A stretch of DNA of 64,000 bases from Camelus ferus (GCF_009834535.1 NC_045697.1:62746001-62810000); one strand, 5' to 3'. Positions 1-13,835 are shown, numbered from the stretch's first letter. Notes: generated from the sequence alone by a model not told the origin. Made by a program: numbers and translations.

Positions 1-310
1 GTCATCTGATTCATTTTGCTTAAAGCGAGCATGCTCTAATGTTATCCTGTAGATGTTTGGAGGGGATGAAAAGTACATTCAGGGAAACCGATTAGGAAGT
101 TGTGATAATTATCTACAAAGAAATTATGGGAGCTAAGGAGAAGGCACTGGCAGCGGAAATGTAAAGAGAGAAAATGGACAAGAAACTTAGGAGACGCAAC
201 GGATATGGTATAAGGATAGTCTGGATGTGAGAACCGAAGGAGAGAGGAAGTCAGATGGCTTTCTGACCTCTGTGTGGGAAGTCTGTGAGGAAGTTAGGGC
301 CTCCAACAAG
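1..310 (-). mobile_element. Degenerate LINE-2 fragment
   Basis: Purine-rich stretch resembling the reverse complement of the L2 3' region (ggatgtgagaaccgaaggagagaggaagtcagatggctttctg); boundaries approximate. Confidence 0.45.
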
Positions 311-1485
311 AAAATGGCTTCAAGATATATTTGGTAATGTTTTTAAGTTAATGAACTTTTTATTTAAAAGAAAGAGTAAATGAGACAAATCTACTTTGCT
401 ATTGAAAATGTGAAAATGTGATCTGTACTTATTTGAATAAAGCGTGCTATTTATGTTATACAATGTGAATGTTTATTGCCTTTTGAAAACATACTTAGCA
501 GTTTTTAAATATATGTAAATTTTATCATTTCCTCTTAAAAACCTTTCCTGACCTGTGAAATTGACCTTAGTATTCACACATCACTGTGCACACTGTTCTG
601 TTACTATACCTATGACTATTTGGGTCCCCGCTCTTCCAATGCAGGAAACATACGCCGTTATTCTTTCTACCCAGTGCTTTTTCAAATGCCCAGAAGGCAT
701 TAGAGACTCAATAAATGTGACTTCAAGTGAGCTCTGTGTATACACTATTTTTATAGGAAAAGACATTTCAAAGTTTTAAATTAGCATGCTGGCTGGAGTA
801 CATGGTGTGCCTGTTATTTCCCATTTACTGGTTGGGGGCAAATACCTGTCAGCAATCTAATGTCAGAGGCATTCAATTAAAAATTATATAATATAAGGTA
901 GAGGTAATTAATTTAAAAAGAAATAAAGCAAAAGAATGGATTGGAGAATTCCTAAATAGAAGAGACAAACTAAAGATGTGAAAATGTGAAGAAATACTGT
1001 TCTAGGGAGAAAGAACTGTGTGAACACAGAGCTACCACTGCTAAGACAGAGACTCTTCCATTTCTTCCAGAGACTTTGTCTTTGGGATAATGGCACCTGG
1101 AGCTTCTCTGAGTTCTCCAGTAGCAATCAAAGCTCCAGTCATTTGGACTGCGGAAGAGAAGAGGACTGTGTCAGTGAGCATATTTGGATGAAAGTATAAA
1201 GCAGAGCAGGGCTCTCAGGAAGAGAGTTATGTGAAGACAGGAAGGAGACTGGGGTGCAGGGGAGGGGGGTGGGTGAGAAGAGAGACATATGGGTAGAAAA
1301 TAGGCCGATTCTGGGTGTACAGTACAGTAAGGTTTGGGGATAGATCTGATTTCTCTAAGTAGAAATATTTAAAGATGAAGTAAATATTTATTGATGTCAA
1401 ATTTCTTTTTTTTCTCTACATGATGCTAAGTAAAGTATTTTGGTTAGTTTTTCTCTAACTGTAGTAAATAAGTGGTTTTCAGTCA

Positions 1486-1578
1486 GCCTGGGGTAAGACC
1501 AAAGAATATGCATTTGTAACTAATTCCCCAGGTGGTGCTGATCCTTCAGGCCCAGGAAGCACACCTGGAGAACCAATG
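1486..1578. mobile_element. MER5A-like hAT DNA transposon fragment
   Basis: gaatatgcatttgtaactaattccccaggtggtgctgat...ggagaaccaatg resembles the MER5 terminal half. Confidence 0.5.
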
Positions 1579-1793
1579 AACTAAGCTGACAGATGTCCAA
1601 GTGGCTGATGTCAAGGAAGCACAAGCTAAAGTAAATGTCAGTTGCACTACTTTAATTTCAATTTTTCTAGCGCTTCAGACTATTTTATGAAAATTAGTGT
1701 TTCCTGATACTAATCTTGTAAATATGTAAGTTATAAATGTACGATGATTGCATCACTCAAGTGAAAGTAAAGATCACAAACATCAATAAGAAG

Positions 1794-1990
1794 TGTTTAT
1801 TGATGTCCTATTAAGGCTCAGGCAGTGACTGCAGCATTTTATAAATTAATTAACCTCACTCAATCCTCTGAACTGTGTTGGGTATTAATAATGATATTCA
1901 GTTTGCAGATAAGTAAACAGAACTACAAAGCCATAGATTAGGGTGAAGGACCCTGGCTGGGCTGATCCAGAGTCTTGTTCTCTTCCACAC
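1794..1990 (-). mobile_element. MIR SINE
   Basis: Reverse-complement MIR core (cagtttgcagataagtaaacag) preceded by the typical tttattga...cagg...cattttat pattern. Confidence 0.5.
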
Positions 1991-2985
1991 ACTCTTCTGT
2001 TCTGCGTTAGGCAATGAAGACGACAATGTATTCACAATGGGCTCATGGACAGAACCAGGAGCTACTGCTCCTCTTTTTCTAGCACTAATGTTTGCTGCTT
2101 CGAAATACCAGGGGGGTTTTGGCAGTATCACAGTGTTACCGCATGTTGTTAGTCCAATAAAATGCACATTAAGCTGCTACGAGTATTTATATATTTAAAC
2201 AGCACTGTGTATTTTACTCTTACAGTCCACAGTTTGTTCCCTAGACAACAATAGAGCCTCCTGTAACTTTGTTTATAGGGTTTGTGGAAAGATCTCAAGT
2301 GGAGAAGCAGGGAGCATTATCTCAGGAATGCATGACAATGTTCCCAGCTCCAGTTTGAAGGCTAACTGCCTCTCAGAAGTCAGGGGAGGTTTGCGGCTGA
2401 AATCAGTCATAACCCAGAGATTATTTAAAGCAGAGAAGAAGAATTAGCCTTTTGCAGGTGGTTTTCAGTGAGGTATCTTTTCAAATCATCACACTTTATG
2501 TTGACATAGGAAGTGAACATGTTTGACTGAGGTATTTGTACCTTCAAAAGGACAGCAAGGGAGCTAAAAATCATGATTTAAGTAAGCCAGTTGTTTAGGC
2601 ATTATTCATAAGATGATCAGAAGAGAACAAGGATTGGAAAGTAGGGAGGATGTCAGAAACACTCTTCATCACATATAAACAGCTTTGAGATTCACTTTGG
2701 GTTATTGAGACCGACGTGTTAGCGGGTACAAGTAAAAGAGTATGAGCTTCCTAAATTTCATTTTTGTGGCTGAAGGAAAAGGTAGCCATCTCTATTGTAA
2801 GGGTCAAATGGTTTCCCCACATTCCTTGGGTTTCTTTCTATAAGAAGGGATTACCCCTAAACTTTCCTGAATTCTTCCCCTAATGCTTTCTCTGGTCCAG
2901 GGGAGATGGCTAAAACTGGGGAAAATATATTATTAGGTTTGTCTCAACTTTTCCTCAAGAAAAGAAACTTTCTTTTCACTTGGGA

Positions 2986-3632
2986 TGTTACAACAGGCAG
3001 ATAGCTAGATATGAGCAGAGAAAGGGAGATGCAAGCCAAACGGAGGAATTGGGCAAAAAGGAGGGGCTTGGGCCAAATGCAGGGAACCATACATCTTACA
3101 AGAACCAGGGGTCCCTGGGCAGAGAAAGAAAAGCAGGGACCTCTGGGCTGATAAGTAGTCACACTTTTGGGGGTGACAAGTGACCTAGAGGCTGACAAAG
3201 GAAGTTGAGAAAAGGCAGGAATCTCCAGTGTCCAAATATAATCTCTTGCTCATTATGCCCTCATTTCAGTAAAATCAGCCTTGCATATTAGAAGTACCCA
3301 TCATGCACCGATGCCATGACACTTCTGATTCAGACTAAATAAGGACAAAAATCCCTCCTCCCTTCAGGAAGGTGGAGTTAGGATGAAAACCAGGGAATAT
3401 GACCCCAAACCCTTCCCTCCTCAATGAATATTCTGCCCATTCATTTTTACACCCTATGTAACCAACTTGCCAAAGAAACTCAGGGCACCTGCTCACCTGC
3501 ACCTGCCCGCTCTCCCCTTACGAGTGTACTCTCCATCCCTTAATAATTCCCCACTTTACTTTCTTAACCTCCATGTCCTGTCTCTGAATTCTTTCTGGGA
3601 TGGGAAAAGAACCAGGACACTGGCTACAGGGG
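2986..3632 (+). mobile_element. ERV1-class LTR (solo)
   Basis: Starts TGTTACA; U5-like 3' end (aataattccccactttactttc...ctgaattctttc...aagaacc); its first ~40 bp are repeated at 3666-3703. Confidence 0.6.
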
Positions 3633-4619
3633 AAAGCTTTTTAAAGTTTTTAAAGTTTTTTAGAGCAGGCAGATAGCTAGATATGAGCAGAGAAAGGGAG
3701 ATGGCTACAGGGGCTGGATACCAGCTACAGGGGAAGTCTATTTAAAGTTTCTAAAAATTTCTTCACGACGAACTCTGTACCCCTAACCCTGCCACACTTT
3801 GAGTGCCTCCCTCAAAATTTTCTAAATTCTTCTCCCTCCAGGGCTGGGACCTGTCAGATCAGCAGAGCTTTCCAGAAGGGGTGCTCACAACCTAGAAAAG
3901 GATATCATTGGCTTGTCCCTTCTTCCTCTCCAACCTTCTAGTCCTGGTCCATGTGGAGTTAACCAGATGCTCCTAAAAATCCTAGGGCTCACTTTTACAG
4001 CTTGGTTCTGGAGCCCTATGGTCAAGACAGGTCCAGGAGGGCACTCTACCCAATGGATCACTTCCTACTTGCTGGAGAAGTATTTCTTTAGTGAGACTGT
4101 GCACAACTGGGCAGTCAGGATCTTGCTGATATGCCTACTCAGGTGACCCACTCATACTGGACATAGGTCCAGTTCAAGGCTGTGGGCTAGCAACCAACTA
4201 TGGCTGGTACTTGGGGCTTGCACCATATGTCTGAGCTCTTGTAAGCACTCTCACCTATCCGTGTTTCCTTCAGGATGCCATCTCTGGTCTATAGCACTAG
4301 GAGATGCAGAAGGGCTGGAAGACATCCTTTGCCCCGTGTGTCCTACAGCCATTGGGTCACTCACTGCAGGCTCCATGCCACTCATCAGCCATACCTACAG
4401 GGTAGCCGCACCTACCTCTGCTGAGGGCTTTTAAGACATTTACTCTACATCGCCTATGGGTCTCTCTGATGTTCTCCCTTGCTTCTCCTCAATATAGTGA
4501 AGTTATGTTCTCATGGTCTTAAATGAAGCTAGAATTGAGAATAGACATTTTTGTACAAATGTGACTGCTGTTCTTGCTCTATCCAGGCTCCTCCCCAATC
4601 CTCCCCTCCAGCAGTGGTG

Positions 4620-5017
4620 TGTTGACTGGAAAAAAAATGCACAACCTAGAAACTGAGAATTAAGTTTTATTCTGAGGACTTAAGCCCAGGAGGCAGCCTC
4701 TCAGATATCTCTGAGGGACTGCTTGAAGGAGGTAAGGGAGGAGCCAGGATATACAGAAGTTTTTGCAACAAAATCAACGTAGTCAGGACCTCAAAAGATT
4801 ACTGTTAATTAAAGAAACGAGACTTCTCAAGTTAATGAATTCTTTGTGTGGGAAGATGCGAGGGTCTGGGCGCATTGAAATCATGCTTTTGATATACACC
4901 TTAACTATCTAGGGCCTGAATGGCTTCTTGAATCCCCTCAGGGTGCACCTTTGGGATGGCTTGGTGGCTACAACATCCTTTGTCTGCTGATATGGCAGGT
5001 GACCTGTTTCGTTTACA
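4620..5017 (-). mobile_element. Cetartiodactyl ERV1-type solo LTR
   Basis: TG...CA termini (tgttgact...tttaca), AATAAA on the - strand near 4665, near-perfect 4-bp TSD ggtg/tgtg. Confidence 0.75.
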
Positions 5018-5034
5018 TGTGTAGGAGGCAGGAT

Positions 5035-5073
5035 GAGATCAATATTGAAGGAGATCAATATTGAAGGAGATCA
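5035..5073. repeat. 16-bp tandem duplication (gagatcaatattgaag x2.4)
   Basis: Exact copies at 5035-5050 and 5051-5066 plus a partial third copy. Confidence 0.9.
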
Positions 5074-6000
5074 CACTCTGGAATTTAGTGGTCATAGCCT
5101 CAAGAGTTCAAGAGAAGACATAACTGAAAGGTACGTTGTTCTAAGGTCACAATACAAAATTCCGAACAATAACTTTACCGTGAGGGAGAAGGCAACTGTT
5201 GTTCACATTTCCCTGCACATGCAAAGACTTGCAGGGCCTCACTGACAAAACATAGTAAGAATCTTTGAGAGTCCTTAGAAGCTAGTGTTCCTTCACAGGC
5301 AGCTGATGCAGGATTGTTTGTAATTCTGTAAGTAGCATTAGATCAATGGTATTAGGGAAATGCAAAGGCAAGTCTCTTGTGTCTCGGAACTTAAGAGGCA
5401 TGTGGTAATTGTTTAATTAAATTTTCTTTAATAGAAAATGAGGAGATCATTTGTTGCTGTATGGTTAATGGAAAAATTCACAACAGAGAGCCCTTCAGAT
5501 CTATCTTGATGGATAATTGTAAAGAAAATAATAGAGAAAGGGGAGGCATTTTAAGTGAAGAGAAAAGGGACATGTAGAGTAGATCTAGAAAACTCATCAT
5601 CCATTTGTATTAAAATAGACTAATTTTGGACAATACAAAAAAGTACAATGTTAGATGACCAATTTCCCCACTGTTTCTGCAAGTGCAGGAGTTTGGTATT
5701 AATTCTTCGTGAGAAAAAGTGTTTAGTTCATAGCCTGGAGTAAAATATGCTTAAATTTGTTGAACTGAATAGAACTGAGTACCAAAGTTCAATGTTGGGC
5801 CTTAAAATCCTTAAATATGTTTGTGTGTAAGTGTGTGTGTCTCAGGGGTGGGAAGGTGGGGGTGGGTGAGAAGGTCCAAAAATATTGATGGGCACACCAA
5901 AAACTGATGGTGCTGCACGGAATGAACTGTGTGAACAACAATAAAAGGTAGAGACCATTCAGGGGCAGATGTGAAACAATTCACATCAAGAGCAAGCTGA

Positions 6001-6690
6001 ACTCGATGGACAACAGGCATGTGAAAAGACATTCAACATCGCTAATTATTAGAAAAAGGCAAATCAAAGCTACAACAAGGTATCACCTCACACAGGTCAA
6101 AATGGCCATCATTAAATTTCTTCAAATAATAAATGCTGGAGAGGGTATGGAGAAAAGGAAACCCTCCTACACTACTGGTGGGAATGTAGTTTGGTTCAGC
6201 CCCTATGGAGGACAGTATGGAGGTTCTTTAAAAAAATAAAAATAGATTTACCATATGATCCACCAATCTCACTCCTGAGCATATATCTGGAGAAAACTCT
6301 AATTCAAAAAGATACATGCACTCCAATATTCATAGCAGCACTGTTTACAATAGCCAAGACATGGAAGCAACCTAAATGTCCACTGACAGATAACTAGATA
6401 AAGAAGATATGGTGTGTGTGTGTATGTGTGTGGATATATATATATATACATATATATATATAGTGGAATATTACTCAGCCATAAAAAAGAACACAATAAT
6501 GCCATTTGCAGAAACATGGGTGGACCTAGAGGTGATCAGTATCTTGTAACAAACCATAATGGAAAAGAATATGAAAATATATATATATGTGTGTGTGTGT
6601 AACTGAATCACTTTACTGCACACCAGAAACTAACACAATATTGTAAATCAACTATACTTCAATAAGTTTTTAATTAAAAAAAATTTTAAA
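6001..6690 (+). mobile_element. 5'-truncated LINE-1 (ORF2 C-terminus and 3' UTR) with TSD
   Basis: ORF2-like peptides (YHLTQVKMAIIK, QPLWRTVWRF, TCTPIFIAALFTIAKTWKQPKCP), A-rich tail, TSD agcaagctga at 5991-6000 and 6692-6701. Confidence 0.92.
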
Positions 6691-7290
6691 AAGCAAGCTG
6701 ACTAGAGGGTTTAATGGAAAGGAGAGGTTGAATGTAAACAACAAATCTGTATCTCAGCAACACAAATCATACATTTCTGCATTAAGTTTTTCTCTTCAGC
6801 ATCTGGGAAAATGGAGGTAGCTTTAATTGTGAAAAAGAAGGTAGGAAAAAACTTGGGTTATGAGGAGAGCTGAATTTGTTTTTCTTTTTATAACATTTTA
6901 ATGAATCACTGGGATACACACTTCCTTCCGCACTTGCCTTTCGAGATCACTGCTCACGAATGTAGGATGTGTTTTCTCTAAGACAAACTGGAGCAGGTGC
7001 AAAGAGGCTGTGGAACTTTATCATTTCCTGACACGTAGTGAGTCCTGACCATCTCAATCCTCCTGCTATTTAATTTAAATATTGAGTGTAACCATGTATC
7101 AAAGTTGGAAAGCCATATATTCCGATTAAGATAAAGTTGATAAGGCTGAATGTGAATGACTTAAAACAGTCATATTCAAACAATTTCCCTGTCTTTCTGT
7201 GTGTAATATTATTAATATATTCACTGTAATACTAATAAAACTTTGAATAAACATTTCAAATATATTTAAAGACTGGACATTTAAAGTTAT

Positions 7291-7415
7291 TTTTTATTTT
7301 GAAATAACATGAGATTTACAAGAGAGCTGTAAATTAGAGAGGGTTCCTGTATATCTTTTATTCAGTTTCCCTTAACGTTAACATCTTATAACTATGGGGC
7401 ATTTATAAAAAAACT
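7291..7415 (-). mobile_element. Old L1 (L1MC-like) 3' end fragment
   Basis: tttattttgaaataa...cagtttccc...aacatcttataactat pattern. Confidence 0.5.
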
Positions 7416-8279
7416 AAATATTTAAAATTTTATTTTTGAAATCTGGAAGTTTCAACATGATCAAATGTTTAAAACTTGTCTTACTTTTCACGACTTTATA
7501 TCCATTTATACATATGTACATCTTATACATGTACATGTCATAAATAAAATGTAATTTGCCCCAGTATATAGGCTGTAACATTTTGTGGACTATAAGAACA
7601 TAACTTTAATCACAGGTTACTTTAAATACCTAATGACATTACAATTGATCACACTCTCTTTGAGATGGCTTCAATCCAGTGAAATGACTTATTTGTTACT
7701 GAATTGCAAATGAAAATTATAAGTAGTTCAACCAACACATTCAAACTTAAATTTCTCCTGTTTAGACCTTTAAATTTTATTTCCAATTACTCACTGTGAA
7801 AATAGATGAAAATTTAATAAAATCAGACAAATTACAGAGCAGCTAAAAATTGGTCAAATTAGTCAAAAGTGTGATTTTTGCCAACAGAGAAACAAATATT
7901 CCTTTATACTGTGGCTATTAAGCAAACCCTGCAGCAATTTTTAAAAATACATGCTTGGAAATGTGTCATTTATGCTGTGAAAATAATGCACATATTTCCA
8001 CTATTCCAGTTACCATAACAACAGTGTACACTCCATTGTCCCTTTTTGCAGTTTCAATCAAACTCATTTGGATTTGATCACGACAACCAAAACTGAGAGA
8101 GACAATTAGTACCTCATTTGTTCTTCCACTCTGGTTTTTTGATGTTGGTGACATAGGTCTCTGTGTTGAGACCTCTGGGATAATGTCCAGGCAGAGTGGA
8201 GAAATTGCCTATAGTCTTTTGCAGCTTTGTGTGATATGAGATTAAGTTCTGGACAATTAAATGTTAAGATAAATGTCAC

Positions 8280-8630
8280 ATGACAGCTTCCAGAACCTTC
8301 CTTAAAAGACAGCTGGTGCACACATTTGCCTCCTTCTCTCCTTTATACATTTCTTCATTCTACTTCCTGAAACACAGATAAGATGCTGTGCTTTTTATTG
8401 CTTTGTGCTTTGATGCTTACTGCCGTTTTGGACCATGAGGACATACACTAGAGATGGCAGTGCCGTGGATTAGATGTAGCTTTGTCTTTGAGAACTTTCT
8501 GGAACAGAGTTGCCATCCCATAACTTGACTGTCTCTGAATTTCTCCACAAGAGAGAAATCATTTCTATTTTACTTAAGTCATTGTTATTTTGCATGTTTC
8601 TATTGTTTGCAGTTGAAAGGAATCCTAATG
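8280..8630 (+). mobile_element. Ancient ERVL/MaLR-type LTR
   Basis: 3' end agagagaaatcatttctattttacttaagtcattgttattttg...tgcagttgaaaggaatcctaat typical of MLT1/LTR16-like elements. Confidence 0.5.
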
Positions 8631-10000
8631 CTCCGCATCTCTATGCAGAGTGGAAATAGAAAAGATAGCATTAGATATCTACATTTTTCAAGGAAAATTG
8701 ATCTTCTTTCATTCATGTACTTACTTATTTGTTGCTTATGAACACCTGAATTTGCTACCTCTGCTACTACTCTTCTTTTCTTGGTGGATTATAGATTGCT
8801 AACAGGACCCCAGCAACTGTGTCAGTGCTGTCAGCCCTACCCCCATTCCAAGAGCTCCCAAGCCACCTTAGACTCTACTGAGTTTTGTCTTGGTTTGTTG
8901 GTTCATTTGCTGGTTTGTTTCAGAAAACATCATGACATCCCACGATAATAGTAGCCTGGAGCACTGCACAACCAGGAGCGGGGAGTGATTTACTTAAGGC
9001 TTTTTGTGTTTCAATTCTGAGAAAATAGATAAAATAGATGCTACTAAATCAGAAGAGCAAATGTACTCTGTTTTAGAGTAAAGTCACTGAACAAGCCGTT
9101 TATACAAATTCAGGAGAGAAGTGAAGACAGTGACTATATAAACTGCAGTGGGGTCTCTTTTAAGCTATACACGCAGAGGTATTCTGATAGAAAAGTAGAA
9201 GCAATACATTAAGTGGGATTAAAACAGTTTAGTCATACTCAAAATCTATTTTGTCAAGTATAGTAAGAATTTGAAAAGAATGAGTTAGGAAATGGAAAAA
9301 GATAAACACATTAATACTTTGCTAAGTGATGAGAACAGAGATAGATGACAGCTGACTTTGGAGGGATAAAGAAAATGGGGAAGGAAAGTGTGTTTTTACA
9401 GAAAAAGGACAAGAGAAATAGGATAACTATAATCATGATCATTATTCAAGAGACTATTTCAGGCTAAATTCCCAAAACGTTGTTGTAAGAAAAACACCTG
9501 GCACAACAGAACGTCACTGGGATCCCTGGCAGTGGGATGTACCAGAACAGGTGACAGAGAAGCACCTCGCACTGGCCACTCTCCGTCTAGTGCTGGCTGG
9601 CAGCTCCAGAATGGACTAGAATACAGGGGCTAACAGGATACAGTTGCTGACTTTAAACTCCTCTACCAAAGAACTCACGTGCATGGTAAAATTCTGCAAT
9701 AAATGTATCTGTTCTTCTACCAGACTGGACTGTCCCCCGTCTGTGAGGACAAACTTTTTTTCATCTTTCTTCCTTCTCTTCAGCTCTTTCCCCATATCTT
9801 CTACCCTAGATTATAGTTCTTGAAAGAAAAAGGCAACTGGGCATATTTTATACTTGATTTCACCTTTTAAGATCTACGTGACTATCGGGTTTTGGGCTTC
9901 CCAGTGGCTACTTGGTCCTAGTGAACTTCAGTTCGGTCTTTTCCCGCATGGGCCATCCTAATCTCTACTGATGCTCAGAGGAGATACCCTGCTTTATGAA

Positions 10001-10091
10001 ATACATGCATGACTGGGACGTTATGCTGTACACCAGAAACTGACACATTGTAACCGACTATACTTCAATGATAATTAAAAAAAAAAAAAAA
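10001..10091 (+). mobile_element. Very short young L1 3' end with poly(A)
   Basis: atgcatgactgggacgttatgctgtacaccagaaactgacacattgtaaccgactatacttcaat followed by a poly(A) tail. Confidence 0.75.
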
Positions 10092-11313
10092 AAAGAAAAA
10101 GGAGTGGAGTGTTTCAGTACTTTTAGCATGACCAATTAGATTATGAGTTTGATTTCATTTGTTTTGATGTTAATGCCCCTAAAATTTGATCCACCAGCTT
10201 TTCAACTATTGTTAGTTATTAATTCTGAAAGAACAGTATTTTATTCAAGATACTGCAAACATTTTTCTTCAAGACTGAATGTCAGTAAAACTGTATTTCC
10301 TGAATTCAAGCTAATTGTGTTTCTGAAGCTGACAATCATCATGAGCTTAAAAATAAAAAGATTAAAAAAGAAAAAAACAGGACAAAAATTGTAAAGTGAA
10401 TCTAGAATTTGATACTGCCATCTGTTGTTTAAAAACAAAATTGCATGTGCCTTAAAGCTACAATTTCTTAGCTAATTTTTAAAAAAATAACAAAGGATCA
10501 ATTTAACCCATGTTATCAATCCATTAAAGAAAGAAAAATATGGTGCTTTATTCACACTATATTTCTAAATTTGGATTCAGTTGCATGCATGATTTCCTTT
10601 ATATTGTATAATATGTGTCATAGCTTTGAAATTGCTATAAATATAATTATGTAAGTATCTAATTAAAAGTTAGCAACTATTTTAAAAGATACTTAGTTCA
10701 GTGAAAATGAACTAAAAATGAAAAGCAAAATACTACCTACAGGAGATAATAAGGGTAATAAGGAGTATTTCAAAATACAATAAATCTTAATTTGTATATG
10801 AATGTTAAAGATGAGAATAGTTTTTTGTTCCAAACAAGGAACATAAACAATTATGAATGATTATGTAACCATAGAAACACATAAACACATATTTTAGACA
10901 TGGAAGAATAAAATTAAATATTTTAAAATATTCAGCTTGCTTAATAATGTGAATTATGTAATTTTCCCTTTGTTAAATATCAGAAATTTTCAAATATTCT
11001 ATGTGATTAATATTATATAAGCAGACAAAACTAAGGAATGTCTTTACTAATTCACTAAAGATATTTAAAATTTTTATGTAAAATAATTTCTATAAAACAT
11101 AAGTGTATTCTTAATTATTTATCTGCAAGAAAATAAGAAATTAAAAAGATTTTTTATGTGAGTATGTGTTTTATTGCTATAGTTTTTGCTTTTAATTGCC
11201 AGAAGATCTTATGTACTGATAACAGCAAAATCAGCTTATTAAATAACTATTGCTATTCCAGGAAAGTTCTAAACAATTTAAGGATCATTAGTTTGAGTGA
11301 GAATTTGAGTTAC

Positions 11314-11735
11314 TTTATGCTGTTGTTCAAAGAGATAGTTTAAAATTCCATAGTAGGTAATTTCAACTTGACTTGAGTCAGAGTCTTTTCTAACATCATT
11401 ACATTTACAAGTGGAATTGTAAAACTACTTTTAGAATTAGATTCTTATCTATAGTTATTCTAAGAGTGCTCTAAATGGTAAAAAAAATAGAAAAGTCCCA
11501 CTTTTTTCCAGAATGAAGAAATATGTTTATCTCCTTGGCACTACTGATAGCTCACATAAGGAAAGACTTCATGAAGATTATTTTCTTTTCATGTTTAAGT
11601 CTGTATAAGATTCATTAGTAGTAACTTTTTCATAATAATGAATTGATTTTAGAGTATTTTAAATATAACCCAACAAATTAGTATACAAATCCAAATGTTT
11701 AAACAAGTCCTCAGTCTTACATCTTTTAAGCAGAT
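11314..11735 (-). pseudogene. Two candidate distal exons of the antisense decayed gene (11735-11556 and 11470-11314)
   Basis: Strong acceptors (tttcctttggggtttag; tattttttttaccatttag), donors TAT|gtgagc and AAA|gtaact, 85-nt intron; peptides LLKRCKTEDLFKHLDLYTNLLGYI*NTLKSIHYYEKV and STLRITIDKNLILKVVLQFH, with stops and frameshifts. Confidence 0.35.
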
Positions 11736-11789
11736 CTAAACCCCAAAGGAAATAAAAATAGCAAACTTTTGATTCCATCCAAGATAGAG

Positions 11790-13230
11790 TAACAGGGATA
11801 GGCTCTATCCTATTGTCGATACAACTAAAAAATAAGAAAAAAATTATGAAACAATAGCTTTCTGGACTTTGAACATCAGGCAACAGTGATCACCGATATA
11901 TGAGGAACAAATGAGGTGAGCCCTAAGGTTGTCTCAGATTTCTACCTAGAGAAAGGGTCCAGACCATGGCATAGGGAGCTGAGGGTTATCTTTGAGTTAA
12001 GTAAATGGAACTGGGAAACTGGAGAGCATGGGTGGCTCGAGTTTGCAGGGCAGAGTACTAGAGAGAAGAGACCTGCACAAAGAGAAAACTCCAGTGTTCT
12101 GCCAAGGATTATGCTCAAGAATCTGTGTACTAAAGAATATGTAACTGAGGCCAGGGGAAAAACCATGCAGAAGATTTAGAGGAAACAAACTCCTAAGATT
12201 GCATAGGGCCAAGAATAGTGCCTGTTCCTAATACCCAGAGTGTGGAAAACCCGTTTCACAAGGTGTCAGAGTACCAGGAATGGTCTTGCCTCAGCGGTCA
12301 ACTAAATGCTTCTCTGGTTTTGCCTCACAAAGATCAGAAGTAAGAACTGAAATGAACACACTGTTTCCAAGTAGCTTAGCCATATCCCAGAACAATGCTG
12401 AAGAATATCTAAAGGAATTCAACATGGAAAAATTCACGATGTCTGGCATACTACTGAAATTTACCAGGCATGCAAAAATAAAGGGAAAAAATAATATTGA
12501 AAAAGCAAATCAATTAAAATGATCCTGAAATGGTGCAGAAGACAGATTTAGTAGCGAAAGACACCAAATAATTTTAACTATATTAAAATGGTCAATATGG
12601 TCAATCTAGAGGTAAGATTAAACATCGTATATAAAAAAGATCCCCAAGTAAACAATATCTAAAATGGAAAATACACTGAATGGAAATAATGGCAGAGAAA
12701 ACATTGCAAAAGAAAAGATGAGTCAACTTGAAGACATAGTAACAGAAATTATCCATAATGAAAGACAGATTCAAAAATAATTGAAAAAAAATTTAACAAA
12801 GCCTCAATGAACAGTGGCATAATTTCAAGTAGCCAAATGTATGTACTGTTGGGATCCTCAAAGGTGACAAAAGAAAAATATACATATACATGTATTTGAA
12901 GAAATAATGGTCATTTTCCCCTAAACTTGATGAAAACTTTAAACCCACAGATCCAAGAATCACAAGCATAGAAAATGTGAGAAATATGCCAATGCATATC
13001 ATTATCAAATCACTTTTAACTAGAAATAAAGAAAAAAATTTAAAAGCAGCCAAGGAACAGATACTTCTGAATAGGAGGACAAAGATAAGCATCTCAGTAG
13101 ATTTATTTTTGTCAGAAACGATACAAAATGAAGGCTAGAAGACCTTGGAGTAACATCTTTACAGTACCAAAAGAAAAAAACTATTAACCTAGAACTCTAC
13201 ACCTAGCCAAAATATTTCTCAGATGTAATC
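11790..13230 (+). mobile_element. Old L1 5' UTR / ORF1 remnant
   Basis: ORF1-like motifs (agatgagtcaacttgaagacat, aaacccacagatccaagaa, ttaaaagcagcca, aacctagaactctacacctagccaaaatat). Confidence 0.75.
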
Positions 13231-13439
13231 TTACGGTGTGAAAGTTGTCTGAGGTATTTTTGATCCAGGAGAATGTTTCTGTGCTTCCAGCCTGTCTGGG
13301 ATGAACCATGTTCGCAACACTGCCCTTCTTCCTTCAATACCCTCTCCCATTCTCCAAATTCTTGTCTACTAACCATTGGTAAAAAATATAACAATTGCTG
13401 TATTTCTACTCTTTTATGTTTCAGAATCTGCCCTGTTAA

Positions 13440-13835
13440 TTTGGCCAACAATACTGGAAATATTAAAGTGCCTTCATAGAATTTACATTTTTGTTGGGAG
13501 GGGGCCAACAACATACAATATTATAAGTATATTGTATAATATACGAGATAATAATAAGATTACAGTAAGGAAACAGATAAAAATTACTAGGGCAGAGCAG
13601 GTGAGTGTTGTTATTTTAAACACATTGTACACTTTAAATATCTTACAATTGTATTTGTTGATTACACCTCAATTAAAAAATAGCAAAATTAAATTCATAA
13701 AACTAAATAACCAGAGAACGCCTCAGTGGCATGACAAATAAGGAAAGACCGGAGGAGTAGGGGAGCAGGCTATGTGGCTATTTGCGGAAGAGTGCTCCTG
13801 GCAGAAGGAACAGCCTGAGTACACGCCTAAGGTAA
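13440..13835 (-). mobile_element. LINE-2 fragment interrupted by a short L1 3' end (~13620-13690)
   Basis: ggaagagtgctcctggcagaaggaacagc is an L2-like motif; acattgtacactttaaatatcttacaatt...acctcaat is an L1 tail. Confidence 0.5.

Noticed and set aside
3770..4600. GC-richer block as a processed pseudogene or coding region
   Set aside because: No recognisable peptide; probably an old LTR-type repeat that I cannot assign.
7790..10350. Further - strand exon-like segments near 7.8-8.1, 9.0-9.2 and 10.1-10.35 kb
   Set aside because: Multiple stops in all frames and no clear phase continuity.
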